This document shows positions 1 to 7,692 of a stretch of DNA of 64,000 bases, in pieces. The notes beneath the pieces are model-generated. The model saw only the letters and a program-made list of their open reading frames with translations, searched no databases and was not told where the DNA came from. The position numbers were made by a program, and so were the translations under genes. Numbering within the stretch: position 1 is the stretch's first letter; each line of letters starts with the position of its first letter. The stretch spans positions 7,102-71,101 of the forward strand of contig QZKI01000121.1 in the NCBI GenBank assembly GCA_003598055.1. The letters are read 5' to 3'. This DNA comes from Candidatus Abyssobacteria bacterium SURF_17. GTDB lineage: Bacteria; Abyssobacteria; SURF-5.

Positions 1-639
1 GGCGACATATTGGCCATGTGCCAACATATACCCTCACCGATGACCGCTTTCGACGGATTTATCCTGATGGCTCCAATTGTGACGCTCCGGGGCATGCCGG
101 AGATTGTGGATTTCTATGAATTGCTCAAGGCCGAGTTGGAAGAGCGGATGACGCAGGGCATCGCAGCCATCCCGGGCGAGCGCTATCGCATCTTGTGGGA
201 TAATCTGCCGGTATGGTTCAAACTCCGCGATTTGTCGGAGAGATTCCTGAAGTTGAAGACATGCATCGCCGCCTCTACCTACGTGAGCGGATGGGCCTCG
301 TACGAACTCGATGGGAAAGAGCCGATTGATGCAATCGCGCGGGCATACTCGTGCGCATTCATCAACCGGAGCATCGAGTACCGTGCGGAGATGCTCCGGC
401 ACCTCGTCGAGGATTACTCGATTGACGGAATAATATTCCACTCGAACCGAAGCTGCAGACCATACTCGCTTGGACAGTACGACATGAAAGAGATGTTGTG
501 GGAGCGCGCGCGGGTACCGAGCGTTTTGGTCGAAGCGGACATGAACGATGAACGCACATTTGCGGAGGGGCCGGTTCTCACTCGCATCGAGGCATTCATA
601 GAAACACTCGAGCCGAAACGGGCCGTGGGAGCAGCGTAG
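1..639 (+). CDS. 2-hydroxyacyl-CoA dehydratase family subunit (HgdB/BcrB-like), C-terminal fragment; 5' end lies outside the window
   Basis: The ORF is open from base 1 in frame 1. Its C-terminal region (IDGIIFHSNRSCRPYSLGQYDMK) is typical of the HGD-D / benzoyl-CoA reductase BcrB family. An acyl-CoA dehydrogenase follows downstream. Confidence 0.6.
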   Translation, partial: GDILAMCQHIPSPMTAFDGFILMAPIVTLRGMPEIVDFYELLKAELEERMTQGIAAIPGERYRILWDNLPVWFKLRDLSERFLKLKTCIAASTYVSGWASYELDGKEPIDAIARAYSCAFINRSIEYRAEMLRHLVEDYSIDGIIFHSNRSCRPYSLGQYDMKEMLWERARVPSVLVEADMNDERTFAEGPVLTRIEAFIETLEPKRAVGAA

Positions 640-671
640 CGGCCTTCTAATCGTGCTTTTGTGGGTTTTCT

Positions 672-703
672 GTAGGGGCGCAGCATGCTGCGCCCCTACA
701 GAA
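672..703. repeat. Perfect 32-nt palindrome ctgtaggggcgcagcatgctgcgcccctacag
   Basis: Read directly from the sequence: 16+16 nt self-complementary. No U-tract follows on either strand. Confidence 0.8.
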
Positions 704-789
704 AGATATGCGCCTGTACTTGCAAACACAGTTATGCAAAACTCGAGCTTGCGTATCGAACTTCACCTCGCAACTCATTTAAGAAGAAT

Positions 790-850
790 CCCCCTCCCCC
801 CTTTGCCAAAGGGGGAATAATCGCCTCCCCCTTTGAAAAAGGGGGACTGA
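790..850. repeat. Two adjacent small hairpins (CCCCCTTTG..CAAAGGGGG and CCCCCTT..AAGGGGG) upstream of the acyl-CoA dehydrogenase gene
   Basis: Inverted repeats are visible in the sequence ccccctttgccaaaggggg ... ccccctttgaaaaaggggg. Confidence 0.6.
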
Positions 851-915
851 GGGGGATTTGAGCTGAGAAAGATGTAACGCAAATCTATGCAAGATAGGAC
901 GAGCGGGAGGAGTCG

Positions 916-2052
916 ATGAGTTTTCAGTTGACCGAAGAGCAGGAAAGCCTGCGGCGAACCGTTCAGAAATTCGCCGAGAAGGAAATCGCGCCGATAGCCG
1001 CGGAGGCCGAAGAGAAGGCGGAATTCCATCGCGAGATTTTTGAGAAGCTTGCCGACATCGGCCTGCTCGGCATCGCGTGCCCGGAAGAATACGGCGGCGC
1101 TGGCCTCGACTATTCCACGTACATAGTCGTGGTTGAAGAAATTGCCAAACACTGTCTCGCCACCGCAGTCGGGCTCGGCGTGCAGAATCTCCCTCAGATA
1201 ATGATAGACCGCTTCGGCACCAAGGAGCAGAAGGAGAAATACCTCTCGCCGTTGTCTTCAGGCAAGAAGCTGGGCGCGTTCGCGCTGACCGAGCCCGGAG
1301 CAGGCTCGGACGCGTCCTCGCTCAAGACGAGTGCAGTTCGCGACGGCGACGGTTATGTTTTGAACGGGACAAAGGTGTTCATCACTCACGGCGGCGTGGC
1401 CGATATTTACCTCGTGATGGCGAAGACGCAGCCTGAGAAGGGGGCACACGGCATCAGTTCATTCATCGTGGAGGACGGTACGCCAGGGTTCTCGTTTGGG
1501 AAAGTTGAAAAAAAGATGGGACTCCGGGCATCGCCGACTCGCGAAATCATTTTCGAGGATTGCCGCATCCCGCGCGAGAGCCTCGTCGGCAAGGAAGGAG
1601 ACGGTTTCAAGATTGCCATGATAGCGCTCGATTCGGGGCGCATTACCATCGGCGCAGCAGCAGTCGGAGTCGCTCAGGCGGCGCTCAATGAAGCAGTAAA
1701 ATATGCAAAGCAGCGCGAGCAGTTCGGCCAGCCGATAGCGAGTTTTCAGGGCATACAGTTCATGCTTGCGGACATGGCCACTTCGATTCGGGCGGCGCGC
1801 AATCTGGTTCGCGAGGCCGCGTATCTGAAGGACAGCGGCCAAGCGTTCTCGCATGTGGCCGCAATGGCGAAGCTGTACGCGACCGATACCGCGATGAAGG
1901 TGACGACGGATGCCGTCCAGATTTTCGGCGGGTACGGTTACATGCAGGATTATCCGGTCGAACGGTTGATGCGCGCGGCGAAGGTGACGCAGATTGTCGA
2001 AGGCACAAACCAGATTCAGCGTATGGTTATTGCCCGGAATTTGTTGAAATGA
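916..2052 (+). CDS. Acyl-CoA dehydrogenase (short-chain/butyryl-CoA dehydrogenase-like)
   Basis: Full-length ACAD architecture with the AGLDYSTY, FALTEPGAGSD and GGYGY(M)QDYPVER motifs. An RBS-like ggaggag lies upstream. Confidence 0.9.
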   Translation: MSFQLTEEQESLRRTVQKFAEKEIAPIAAEAEEKAEFHREIFEKLADIGLLGIACPEEYGGAGLDYSTYIVVVEEIAKHCLATAVGLGVQNLPQIMIDRFGTKEQKEKYLSPLSSGKKLGAFALTEPGAGSDASSLKTSAVRDGDGYVLNGTKVFITHGGVADIYLVMAKTQPEKGAHGISSFIVEDGTPGFSFGKVEKKMGLRASPTREIIFEDCRIPRESLVGKEGDGFKIAMIALDSGRITIGAAAVGVAQAALNEAVKYAKQREQFGQPIASFQGIQFMLADMATSIRAARNLVREAAYLKDSGQAFSHVAAMAKLYATDTAMKVTTDAVQIFGGYGYMQDYPVERLMRAAKVTQIVEGTNQIQRMVIARNLLK

Positions 2053-2071
2053 AGCGGGGGAAAGCAGCATC

Positions 2072-2824
2072 ATGAAGGGCTTGATTGAGACGACAGCCGA
2101 AAAAATAGCGACGGCCAATAAGGTAGTCGCGCTTACGGGCGCGGGGATTTCTGTCGATAGCGGCATTCCCGCGTTCAGGGGCGCGCAAGGGCTGTGGGAC
2201 AGGTATGACCCAATGGAATATGCGACCATTCACGCTTTCCTTTCCAATCCGGTGAAAGTGTGGAAGATGCTTCGCGAACTCGGGGAAATCGTCGGCGACG
2301 CAAAGCCGAACGCGGGGCATCTGGGTCTCGCCGAGCTCGAGACACTCGGCAAACTGAGCAGCGTCGTCACGCAGAATGTGGACGGACTGCATCAGGCCGC
2401 GGGAAACTCGTGCGTCATCGAGTTTCACGGAAACGGCCGCAAGCTCGTATGTCTTTCGTGCAAGCGGAAATATGACCGCGAGGACATGCCCGCCGACGCG
2501 TTCCCGCCAATGTGTGCTTGCCTTAATATTCTCAAGCCCGACGTTGTTTTCTTCGGTGAGATGATTCCCATGGAGGCATTTGTGGCGGCGCAGGCGGAGG
2601 CAGAGGGCTGCGACGTCATGATGGTAGTCGGCACGTCTGCGCAGGTGGAGCCGGCAGCGAGCTTGCCATATGTGGCCAAATCGCACGGCGCGACAATCGT
2701 TGAGGTTAATCCCGAGCCCACGCCGCTGACCCACACTCTCGCCGATATAGCGATTCATGAGAGCGCGACGACGGCGATGCCAGTGTTGGCGGCGGCAGTC
2801 AGAAAATTGTTGCAACAGATGTAG
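2072..2824 (+). CDS. cobB: NAD-dependent protein deacylase, Sir2 family
   Basis: Sirtuin motifs GAGISVDSGIPAFRG and TQNVDGLHQAAG, plus a Cys-pair zinc ribbon (LVCLSCKRKY...CACLNILKPDVVFFGE). Confidence 0.85.
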   Translation: MKGLIETTAEKIATANKVVALTGAGISVDSGIPAFRGAQGLWDRYDPMEYATIHAFLSNPVKVWKMLRELGEIVGDAKPNAGHLGLAELETLGKLSSVVTQNVDGLHQAAGNSCVIEFHGNGRKLVCLSCKRKYDREDMPADAFPPMCACLNILKPDVVFFGEMIPMEAFVAAQAEAEGCDVMMVVGTSAQVEPAASLPYVAKSHGATIVEVNPEPTPLTHTLADIAIHESATTAMPVLAAAVRKLLQQM

Positions 2825-2887
2825 CGTCATTCATTTCCATCAACGAGACACAGTAGTGCGGAGGCGAATACTTGCGGGAGGATTCAG

Positions 2888-3427
2888 ATGGACACACTCG
2901 AAGCAATCAAGACTCGGCGCAGCATCAGACAATACAAGGACACGCCGGTCACGGATGAACAATTGAAGGCAGTGCTCGAGGCCGTTCAGTGGGCTCCTTC
3001 GTGGGCAAACACGCAATGCTGGGAACTGGTCCTGGTGCGTGACCCTGCCGTTAAAGAGAAACTTGCGGGAACGCTGGCGCCGGGCAATCCATCGACTGAC
3101 GCCATTAAGAAGGCGCCAATTGTCATTGTCGCATGCGCGAAGAAGGGTCAGGCCGGATATTATAAAGGTCAGGCCATCACGAGCAAGGGTGATTGGCTCA
3201 TGTACGATATGGGGCTTGCGATGCAGAATTTGTGCCTTGCTGCCCAATCACTCGGGCTCGGCACGGTCCACATCGGCGCGTTTGTCCCAGAGGACGCGGA
3301 GAAGGTAGTCGGTGTGCCCGAGGGAGTAACCGTTGTCGCGATGACGCCGCTTGGCGTGCCAGCGGCCGAGAGCCGTGCGCCAAAGCGGCGTGCAATCGAG
3401 GAATTCGTTCATCACGATAAGTACTAA
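2888..3427 (+). CDS. Nitroreductase family protein
   Basis: The N-terminus LEAIKTRRSIRQY and overall length are typical of NAD(P)H nitroreductase / FMN reductase-fold proteins. Confidence 0.8.
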   Translation: MDTLEAIKTRRSIRQYKDTPVTDEQLKAVLEAVQWAPSWANTQCWELVLVRDPAVKEKLAGTLAPGNPSTDAIKKAPIVIVACAKKGQAGYYKGQAITSKGDWLMYDMGLAMQNLCLAAQSLGLGTVHIGAFVPEDAEKVVGVPEGVTVVAMTPLGVPAAESRAPKRRAIEEFVHHDKY

Positions 3428-3472
3428 CTGCCACGTTTCGAGAATCCCATAGCATTCAGTTGGGAAGCGCAC

Positions 3473-3493
3473 GGGCGACCCATCGGGTCGCCC
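3473..3493 (+). terminator. Stem-loop gggcgaccc-atc-gggtcgccc after the nitroreductase gene (no U-tract)
   Basis: A 9-bp perfect stem is seen in the sequence 46 nt after the stop codon. Confidence 0.3.
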
Positions 3494-3547
3494 CTACGGC
3501 TCTGCATGTTGGCCGGCAAGGGACATGCTGAGGTTAACTAGGAATCC

Positions 3548-4318
3548 ATGAAAAGGCTCAATCCTGAGAAAACGGCGGCGTTTCAATTCGAGCGGGGGCC
3601 GGTCGGTTGTTTGCTCACGCACGGCTTCACGGGCTCGCCGTTCGAGATGCGCGAGCTGGGTGAATACCTGGCAGGCAAAGGGCTAACGGTTCTGGGCAAG
3701 CCGCTCCCCGGGCACGGGACGTCCCCACATGATATGCTTCGCACGAATTGGTATGATTGGTATCATGCATGCGTTGAAAACCTTGCGGAGCTGAACGCCA
3801 GATGCGAGAAGGTGTTCCTTTGCGGCATGTCCATGGGCGGAACGCTCAGCCTGCACGTGGCTGCCCACTATGCGAGTCGATACAACATTGCCGGAGTCGC
3901 CGCGTACGCCGCTCCGCTCTACCTGAAAAACCCGCTGCTGCCTGTTCTGCCGGTCGCGAAGAGATTCATGAAGTTCAAGCCGCCGTCGGAAAGCGATGTT
4001 GCTGACCCCGTGGCTCGTGACCGGCAAGAAAGTTACGACCGCGTTCCCCTCGAGTGTATCTCATCGCTTCTCGAATTGCTCGCCCATGTGAAACATGATT
4101 TGCAGGACATCACCGTGCCGGTGCTCCTGGTCCAAAGCACGAAGGACAACACGGTTCACCCGCCAAATGTTCGCCTTATCCACAAGCTGCTTGGCAGCCG
4201 TGACAAGACTCTGGTCGAGGTGGAGAAATCCTACCACGTTGTGACCGTGGATTATGATAAAGAGCTCGTGAAGGAGAAGACGTACGAGTTCATCCGGCGC
4301 GTCGGAAACCTCGTATGA
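3548..4318 (+). CDS. Alpha/beta-hydrolase carboxylesterase (Est30-like)
   Basis: Nucleophile elbow GMSMGG (GxSxG) and the HGFTGSP N-terminus. About 256 aa. Confidence 0.8.
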   Translation: MKRLNPEKTAAFQFERGPVGCLLTHGFTGSPFEMRELGEYLAGKGLTVLGKPLPGHGTSPHDMLRTNWYDWYHACVENLAELNARCEKVFLCGMSMGGTLSLHVAAHYASRYNIAGVAAYAAPLYLKNPLLPVLPVAKRFMKFKPPSESDVADPVARDRQESYDRVPLECISSLLELLAHVKHDLQDITVPVLLVQSTKDNTVHPPNVRLIHKLLGSRDKTLVEVEKSYHVVTVDYDKELVKEKTYEFIRRVGNLV

Positions 4319-5307
4319 GTGAGCCTGCTGAAAGACTTCTCGCCCGCCTTGGCATTCATCGCATCGAGACGCCGAGCCCGTTCTCGGCCGTCACAACCAA
4401 TTCCTACTTCATCGATGGCGACGAGCCGACGCTCATAGATTCCGGCCTGGCCACCGAAGAGGCATACGAGTCGGTCCTTGCCGGACTCGCGCACATTGGA
4501 CGAAAGATCGCCGACATCAAACGGATTATCCTGACGCATGGCCATGCCGACCATAGGGCGCTGGCGCCGCGGATCGTCGAGGAAACGGGCGCGGAAGCGT
4601 TCTGCCACCCTTTAGAAATTGGAAAGGTTACTTACGTCTCTCAGGAGCAAAAGACGCGTGTCAACAGCGAGGCGACAGCGTTCTTCCGCACGATGGGAGT
4701 TCCTGAGGAATCTATTCCTGCGCTTGTCGAGGGGCCGAAGAGCCCAACCATCAAGCCACGACTTAAACATGTCTCGTTTCTTAATGACGCCGAGGAAATC
4801 CAGCTTGGAATGGTCAGTCTGCAGGTGCTCCATACGCCGGGACATTCGTCCGGCTCAATCTGCCTCTATGAACCCGATAATCGACTGCTGTTCACCGGCG
4901 ACACGTTGCTCCCAACCTCCCGAATCACCGCACTGATTGAGCTTGACATGCTCCTCAAGAATCCGGAGTATGACCCGCTTAAGCAACATCTTGAAAGTCT
5001 CCAGCGACTGTTTACCTTGCAAGCAGCACATGTGCTTCCCGGTCATGGAGAAGACTTCCATGAGTACGAATCGGTCGTGCGCGAACTTGGCGACCGCCAT
5101 GAGAAGAGGCAGCGCCATATTCTGCGTGCGCTCCGGCACGAACCACGCACGCTCTATGAAATTTGCCGGTCAGTCTTCTTGTTCGCATCTCCCGACGACC
5201 TCTTTCTCGCCCTCAGCGAGGTGCTGGGAAACATCCAAATCCTATTGCAGAAAAGGATAGTGACGGAACACTATCGGGAACGCATAGCGTACTACGAAAA
5301 AGCATAA
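4315..5307 (+). CDS. MBL-fold metallo-hydrolase
   Basis: HxHxDH motif (LTHGHADHRALAP). Its start overlaps the previous stop by 4 nt. Confidence 0.8.
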   Translation: MSEPAERLLARLGIHRIETPSPFSAVTTNSYFIDGDEPTLIDSGLATEEAYESVLAGLAHIGRKIADIKRIILTHGHADHRALAPRIVEETGAEAFCHPLEIGKVTYVSQEQKTRVNSEATAFFRTMGVPEESIPALVEGPKSPTIKPRLKHVSFLNDAEEIQLGMVSLQVLHTPGHSSGSICLYEPDNRLLFTGDTLLPTSRITALIELDMLLKNPEYDPLKQHLESLQRLFTLQAAHVLPGHGEDFHEYESVVRELGDRHEKRQRHILRALRHEPRTLYEICRSVFLFASPDDLFLALSEVLGNIQILLQKRIVTEHYRERIAYYEKA

Positions 5308-5500
5308 TTTCTTTCCGCCGGCATGAGAACCCCTGGCGAACGAGCATCCTCACAAGGATATGTCTGCGATTCGTTCAAGGTACTGCACACTTCATCCAGA
5401 GGCGAAAGCGCGGCATTACTGCCCACATTGCATGCGGTTTCTGTGTGAAGCATGCATCGAAGAGTTGCCGTAATAATTTTCAAGCCAATTCTCATTCCTC

Positions 5501-5529
5501 TTGACAAATCCCCAAAGCCATTGTATACT
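5501..5529 (+). promoter_or_regulatory. Sigma70-type promoter TTGACA-17-TATACT upstream of the gntR-ABC operon
   Basis: TTGACA at 5501-5506, a 17-nt spacer, and TATACT at 5524-5529. This is about 48 nt before the gntR start. Confidence 0.6.
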
Positions 5530-5550
5530 GTATTACAACAGTAGACAGTA
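5526..5550 (+). promoter_or_regulatory. Putative GntR operator: TACTGT-N6-ACAGTA palindrome plus a second ACAGTA half-site
   Basis: Perfect 6-bp inverted repeat at 5526-5531 / 5538-5543 overlapping the -10 element. A direct repeat of ACAGTA sits at 5545-5550. Confidence 0.5.
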
Positions 5551-5577
5551 AATTCAATTGCATTCAGGGACTATACC

Positions 5578-5988
5578 ATGCTTCTCAATATCAGCCATGT
5601 CGACGGCGTGCCCATTTACTTCCAGATAGCACGCGAGATCAAGCACTCGATAGCCGTGGGTTCGCTGCGACCCGGCGAGCAGCTTCCGTCCGTTCGCGAG
5701 ATTGCCGCGCAGATTACGGTAAACCCGAATACGGTCGCCAAGGCGTATCGCGAACTTGAAGCGGAAGGAATCGTCGAAACCAGGCGAGGGACCGGCACTT
5801 TCGTTTCAGAGCAGAGAGTCGCCATCTCGAGAGAAGAACGGGCTCAAATGGTAGGCAAGCTGATAGACAGAGCACTCGATGAGGCCAACCATTTGCGGAT
5901 GGACAAGAGCGAGTTGAAGCGTCTTTTTCTCGAAAGAATCAGAGCATTCAAGAGGGAAAGCGAGGAAAACCGGGAGGCCGGGAAATGA
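5578..5988 (+). CDS. GntR-family transcriptional regulator (YtrA subfamily-like)
   Basis: Winged-HTH signature LPSVREIAAQITVNPNTVAKAYRELEAEGIVETRRGTGTFV. Short (136 aa) and first gene of the ABC operon. Confidence 0.85.
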   Translation: MLLNISHVDGVPIYFQIAREIKHSIAVGSLRPGEQLPSVREIAAQITVNPNTVAKAYRELEAEGIVETRRGTGTFVSEQRVAISREERAQMVGKLIDRALDEANHLRMDKSELKRLFLERIRAFKRESEENREAGK

Positions 5989-6872
5989 ATGCTTTCGCCA
6001 TCGAGACGAACAAGTTGACCAAGAGATTTGGCTCGGTGTTCGCGGTGAATGAGCTCGACCTCCAGGTTCGTGTGGGAAGCGTGTTCGGTTTTCTCGGCAG
6101 AAATGGAGCGGGCAAGACAACCACCATCAAGACGCTGCTCGGCCTCATCAAGCCCACTTCCGGCTCCGTCCACGTGCTCGGCATGGACCCGATAAAGGAC
6201 GGCATCGAGGTAAAACAGCGGGTCGGATATGTGGCCGAGAACCAGAAGATGTATGACTGGATGAAGGTGAAGGAAATCATCCGATTCACTTCCGGTTTCT
6301 ATCGCGATTGGGATGCTGCTATCGCCGCCGACTTTTGCAAACGCTTTGAGCTCAACCCATCCGCGAAAGTCGGAAGTCTCTCGAAAGGTCAGCAGATGCG
6401 CCTGGCGCTGATGCTCGCGCTCTCTTCGCGGCCGCAACTGCTCATCCTGGACGACCCGACGATGGGGCTCGACCCAATCACGAGAAAGGAATTTCTCAAC
6501 GACATCGTCATGGCGCTTCAGGAAGAGGGCAGGACGGTCTTCTTCTCCACCCACATCTTGAGCGAACTCGAACGGGTTGCCGACACCGTCGCAATCATTG
6601 ACCGCGGAAAGCTGAAAGTTGCGGGCGAAATCGACTTGCTGAAGACTACGGTGAAGAGCGTTCGCCTCACGTTCGAGAATTCTCCACCGAACGATATCCT
6701 TATTGACGGCCTGCTGAGAGTGCAATCCGATGGGCGGGATTGCCTTCTCACGTTGACCGATTTCAGTGAGGACAAGCTCGGCCAACTGAAACAGCGATAC
6801 CAGCCGATGCGCGCGGAAGTCTGCAACCTCAGTCTGGATGAGATTTTTGCCGAATACGTTCTGAGCCGATAG
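5985..6872 (+). CDS. ABC transporter ATP-binding protein
   Basis: Walker A GRNGAGKTTT, signature LSKGQQMRL and Walker B LLILDDP. Overlaps the gntR stop. Confidence 0.9.
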   Translation: MNAFAIETNKLTKRFGSVFAVNELDLQVRVGSVFGFLGRNGAGKTTTIKTLLGLIKPTSGSVHVLGMDPIKDGIEVKQRVGYVAENQKMYDWMKVKEIIRFTSGFYRDWDAAIAADFCKRFELNPSAKVGSLSKGQQMRLALMLALSSRPQLLILDDPTMGLDPITRKEFLNDIVMALQEEGRTVFFSTHILSELERVADTVAIIDRGKLKVAGEIDLLKTTVKSVRLTFENSPPNDILIDGLLRVQSDGRDCLLTLTDFSEDKLGQLKQRYQPMRAEVCNLSLDEIFAEYVLSR

Positions 6873-6904
6873 GAGACATGGCGTAGCGCAGCCGGACCAA
6901 CCAT

Positions 6905-7007
6905 CGTCATTGCGAGGAGCGTAGGGTCGCAGACCCAGGCGACGAAGCAATCTCTGCATCATATTGAGATTGCTTCGCTCGGGCTTACGGCCCTTCGCTC
7001 GCAATGA
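6905..7007. repeat. MITE/REP-like nested-palindrome element, copy 1 (103 bp)
   Basis: Terminal inverted repeats gtcattgcgag / ctcgcaatgac, inner inverted repeats gaagcaatctc / gagattgcttc, and a gggtcgcagaccc hairpin. Homologous to 11957-12091. Confidence 0.75.
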
Positions 7008-7055
7008 CTGTGTATCGGAAAGCACGACGAGAGTTCAAGATTTCGAAAGTGAGTA

Positions 7056-7691
7056 GTGCAGATGCTCTGGTGGAAGGAATGGCGCGAGACAAGATTCGGA
7101 TTCTTGACCGCGCTGTTCTTCATCACAGGACTTGTGTGGACGCTCCCTCCCACAATAACCTTGTTGGATGAATATTGGCTGGGCATATTCCTCATGGCAT
7201 ACACAATCGGGATGGCGGTGATTCTCGGCTCAGGCGCAGTGGCAGCCGAGATAGATGCCGATACGATGCAGTTCATAATGTCCAAGCCAGCCAGAAGATG
7301 GAGCATCATTGGAACAAAATATGCGGTGCGATTGACCGAGACTGCCGCCGCTTTCATCGTTCCTGTACTCATCCAGATAAACCGAGATAATGTCGAAATG
7401 TGGATGTGGGTTCCACCCTACCTGTTCCTTAAGTACATCGCTTGCGCGACCCTTTCTGTCGTTTTCGCGTTCTCTATAACATTTCTGTTCTCAGTCATTT
7501 TCAGGAAACAGGCGCTTTGCGCTTTGGCCGGAATAAGTGCATTGCTCGCTTATCTTGGAGGTCGCGCAATGGATGTATTGAAGCAAGTGTACGAATCGCA
7601 GCCCATAGATTTGGAACTCTATGTTCTCACGACGCTCTGTGCGGCGGCTTTTCTCGCAAGCCTAATTCTGTTCAAGAATAAAGAGGTCTGA
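7056..7691 (+). CDS. ABC-2-type transporter membrane protein (permease-like)
   Basis: Multi-TM hydrophobic protein. Its N-terminal WKEWRE motif is shared with the next gene. Operon context with the ABC ATPase. Confidence 0.6.
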   Translation: MQMLWWKEWRETRFGFLTALFFITGLVWTLPPTITLLDEYWLGIFLMAYTIGMAVILGSGAVAAEIDADTMQFIMSKPARRWSIIGTKYAVRLTETAAAFIVPVLIQINRDNVEMWMWVPPYLFLKYIACATLSVVFAFSITFLFSVIFRKQALCALAGISALLAYLGGRAMDVLKQVYESQPIDLELYVLTTLCAAAFLASLILFKNKEV

Positions 7692-7692
7692 A

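Noticed and set aside
672-703. 32-nt palindrome as a rho-independent terminator
   Set aside because: No U-tract follows it on either strand, so it is recorded as a repeat rather than a terminator.
5844-7025. 393-aa minus-strand ORF antisense to the ABC ATPase gene
   Set aside because: It lies entirely within and opposite a gene with clear Walker/signature motifs. Its Arg/Leu-rich low-complexity translation is typical of shadow ORFs in high-GC DNA.
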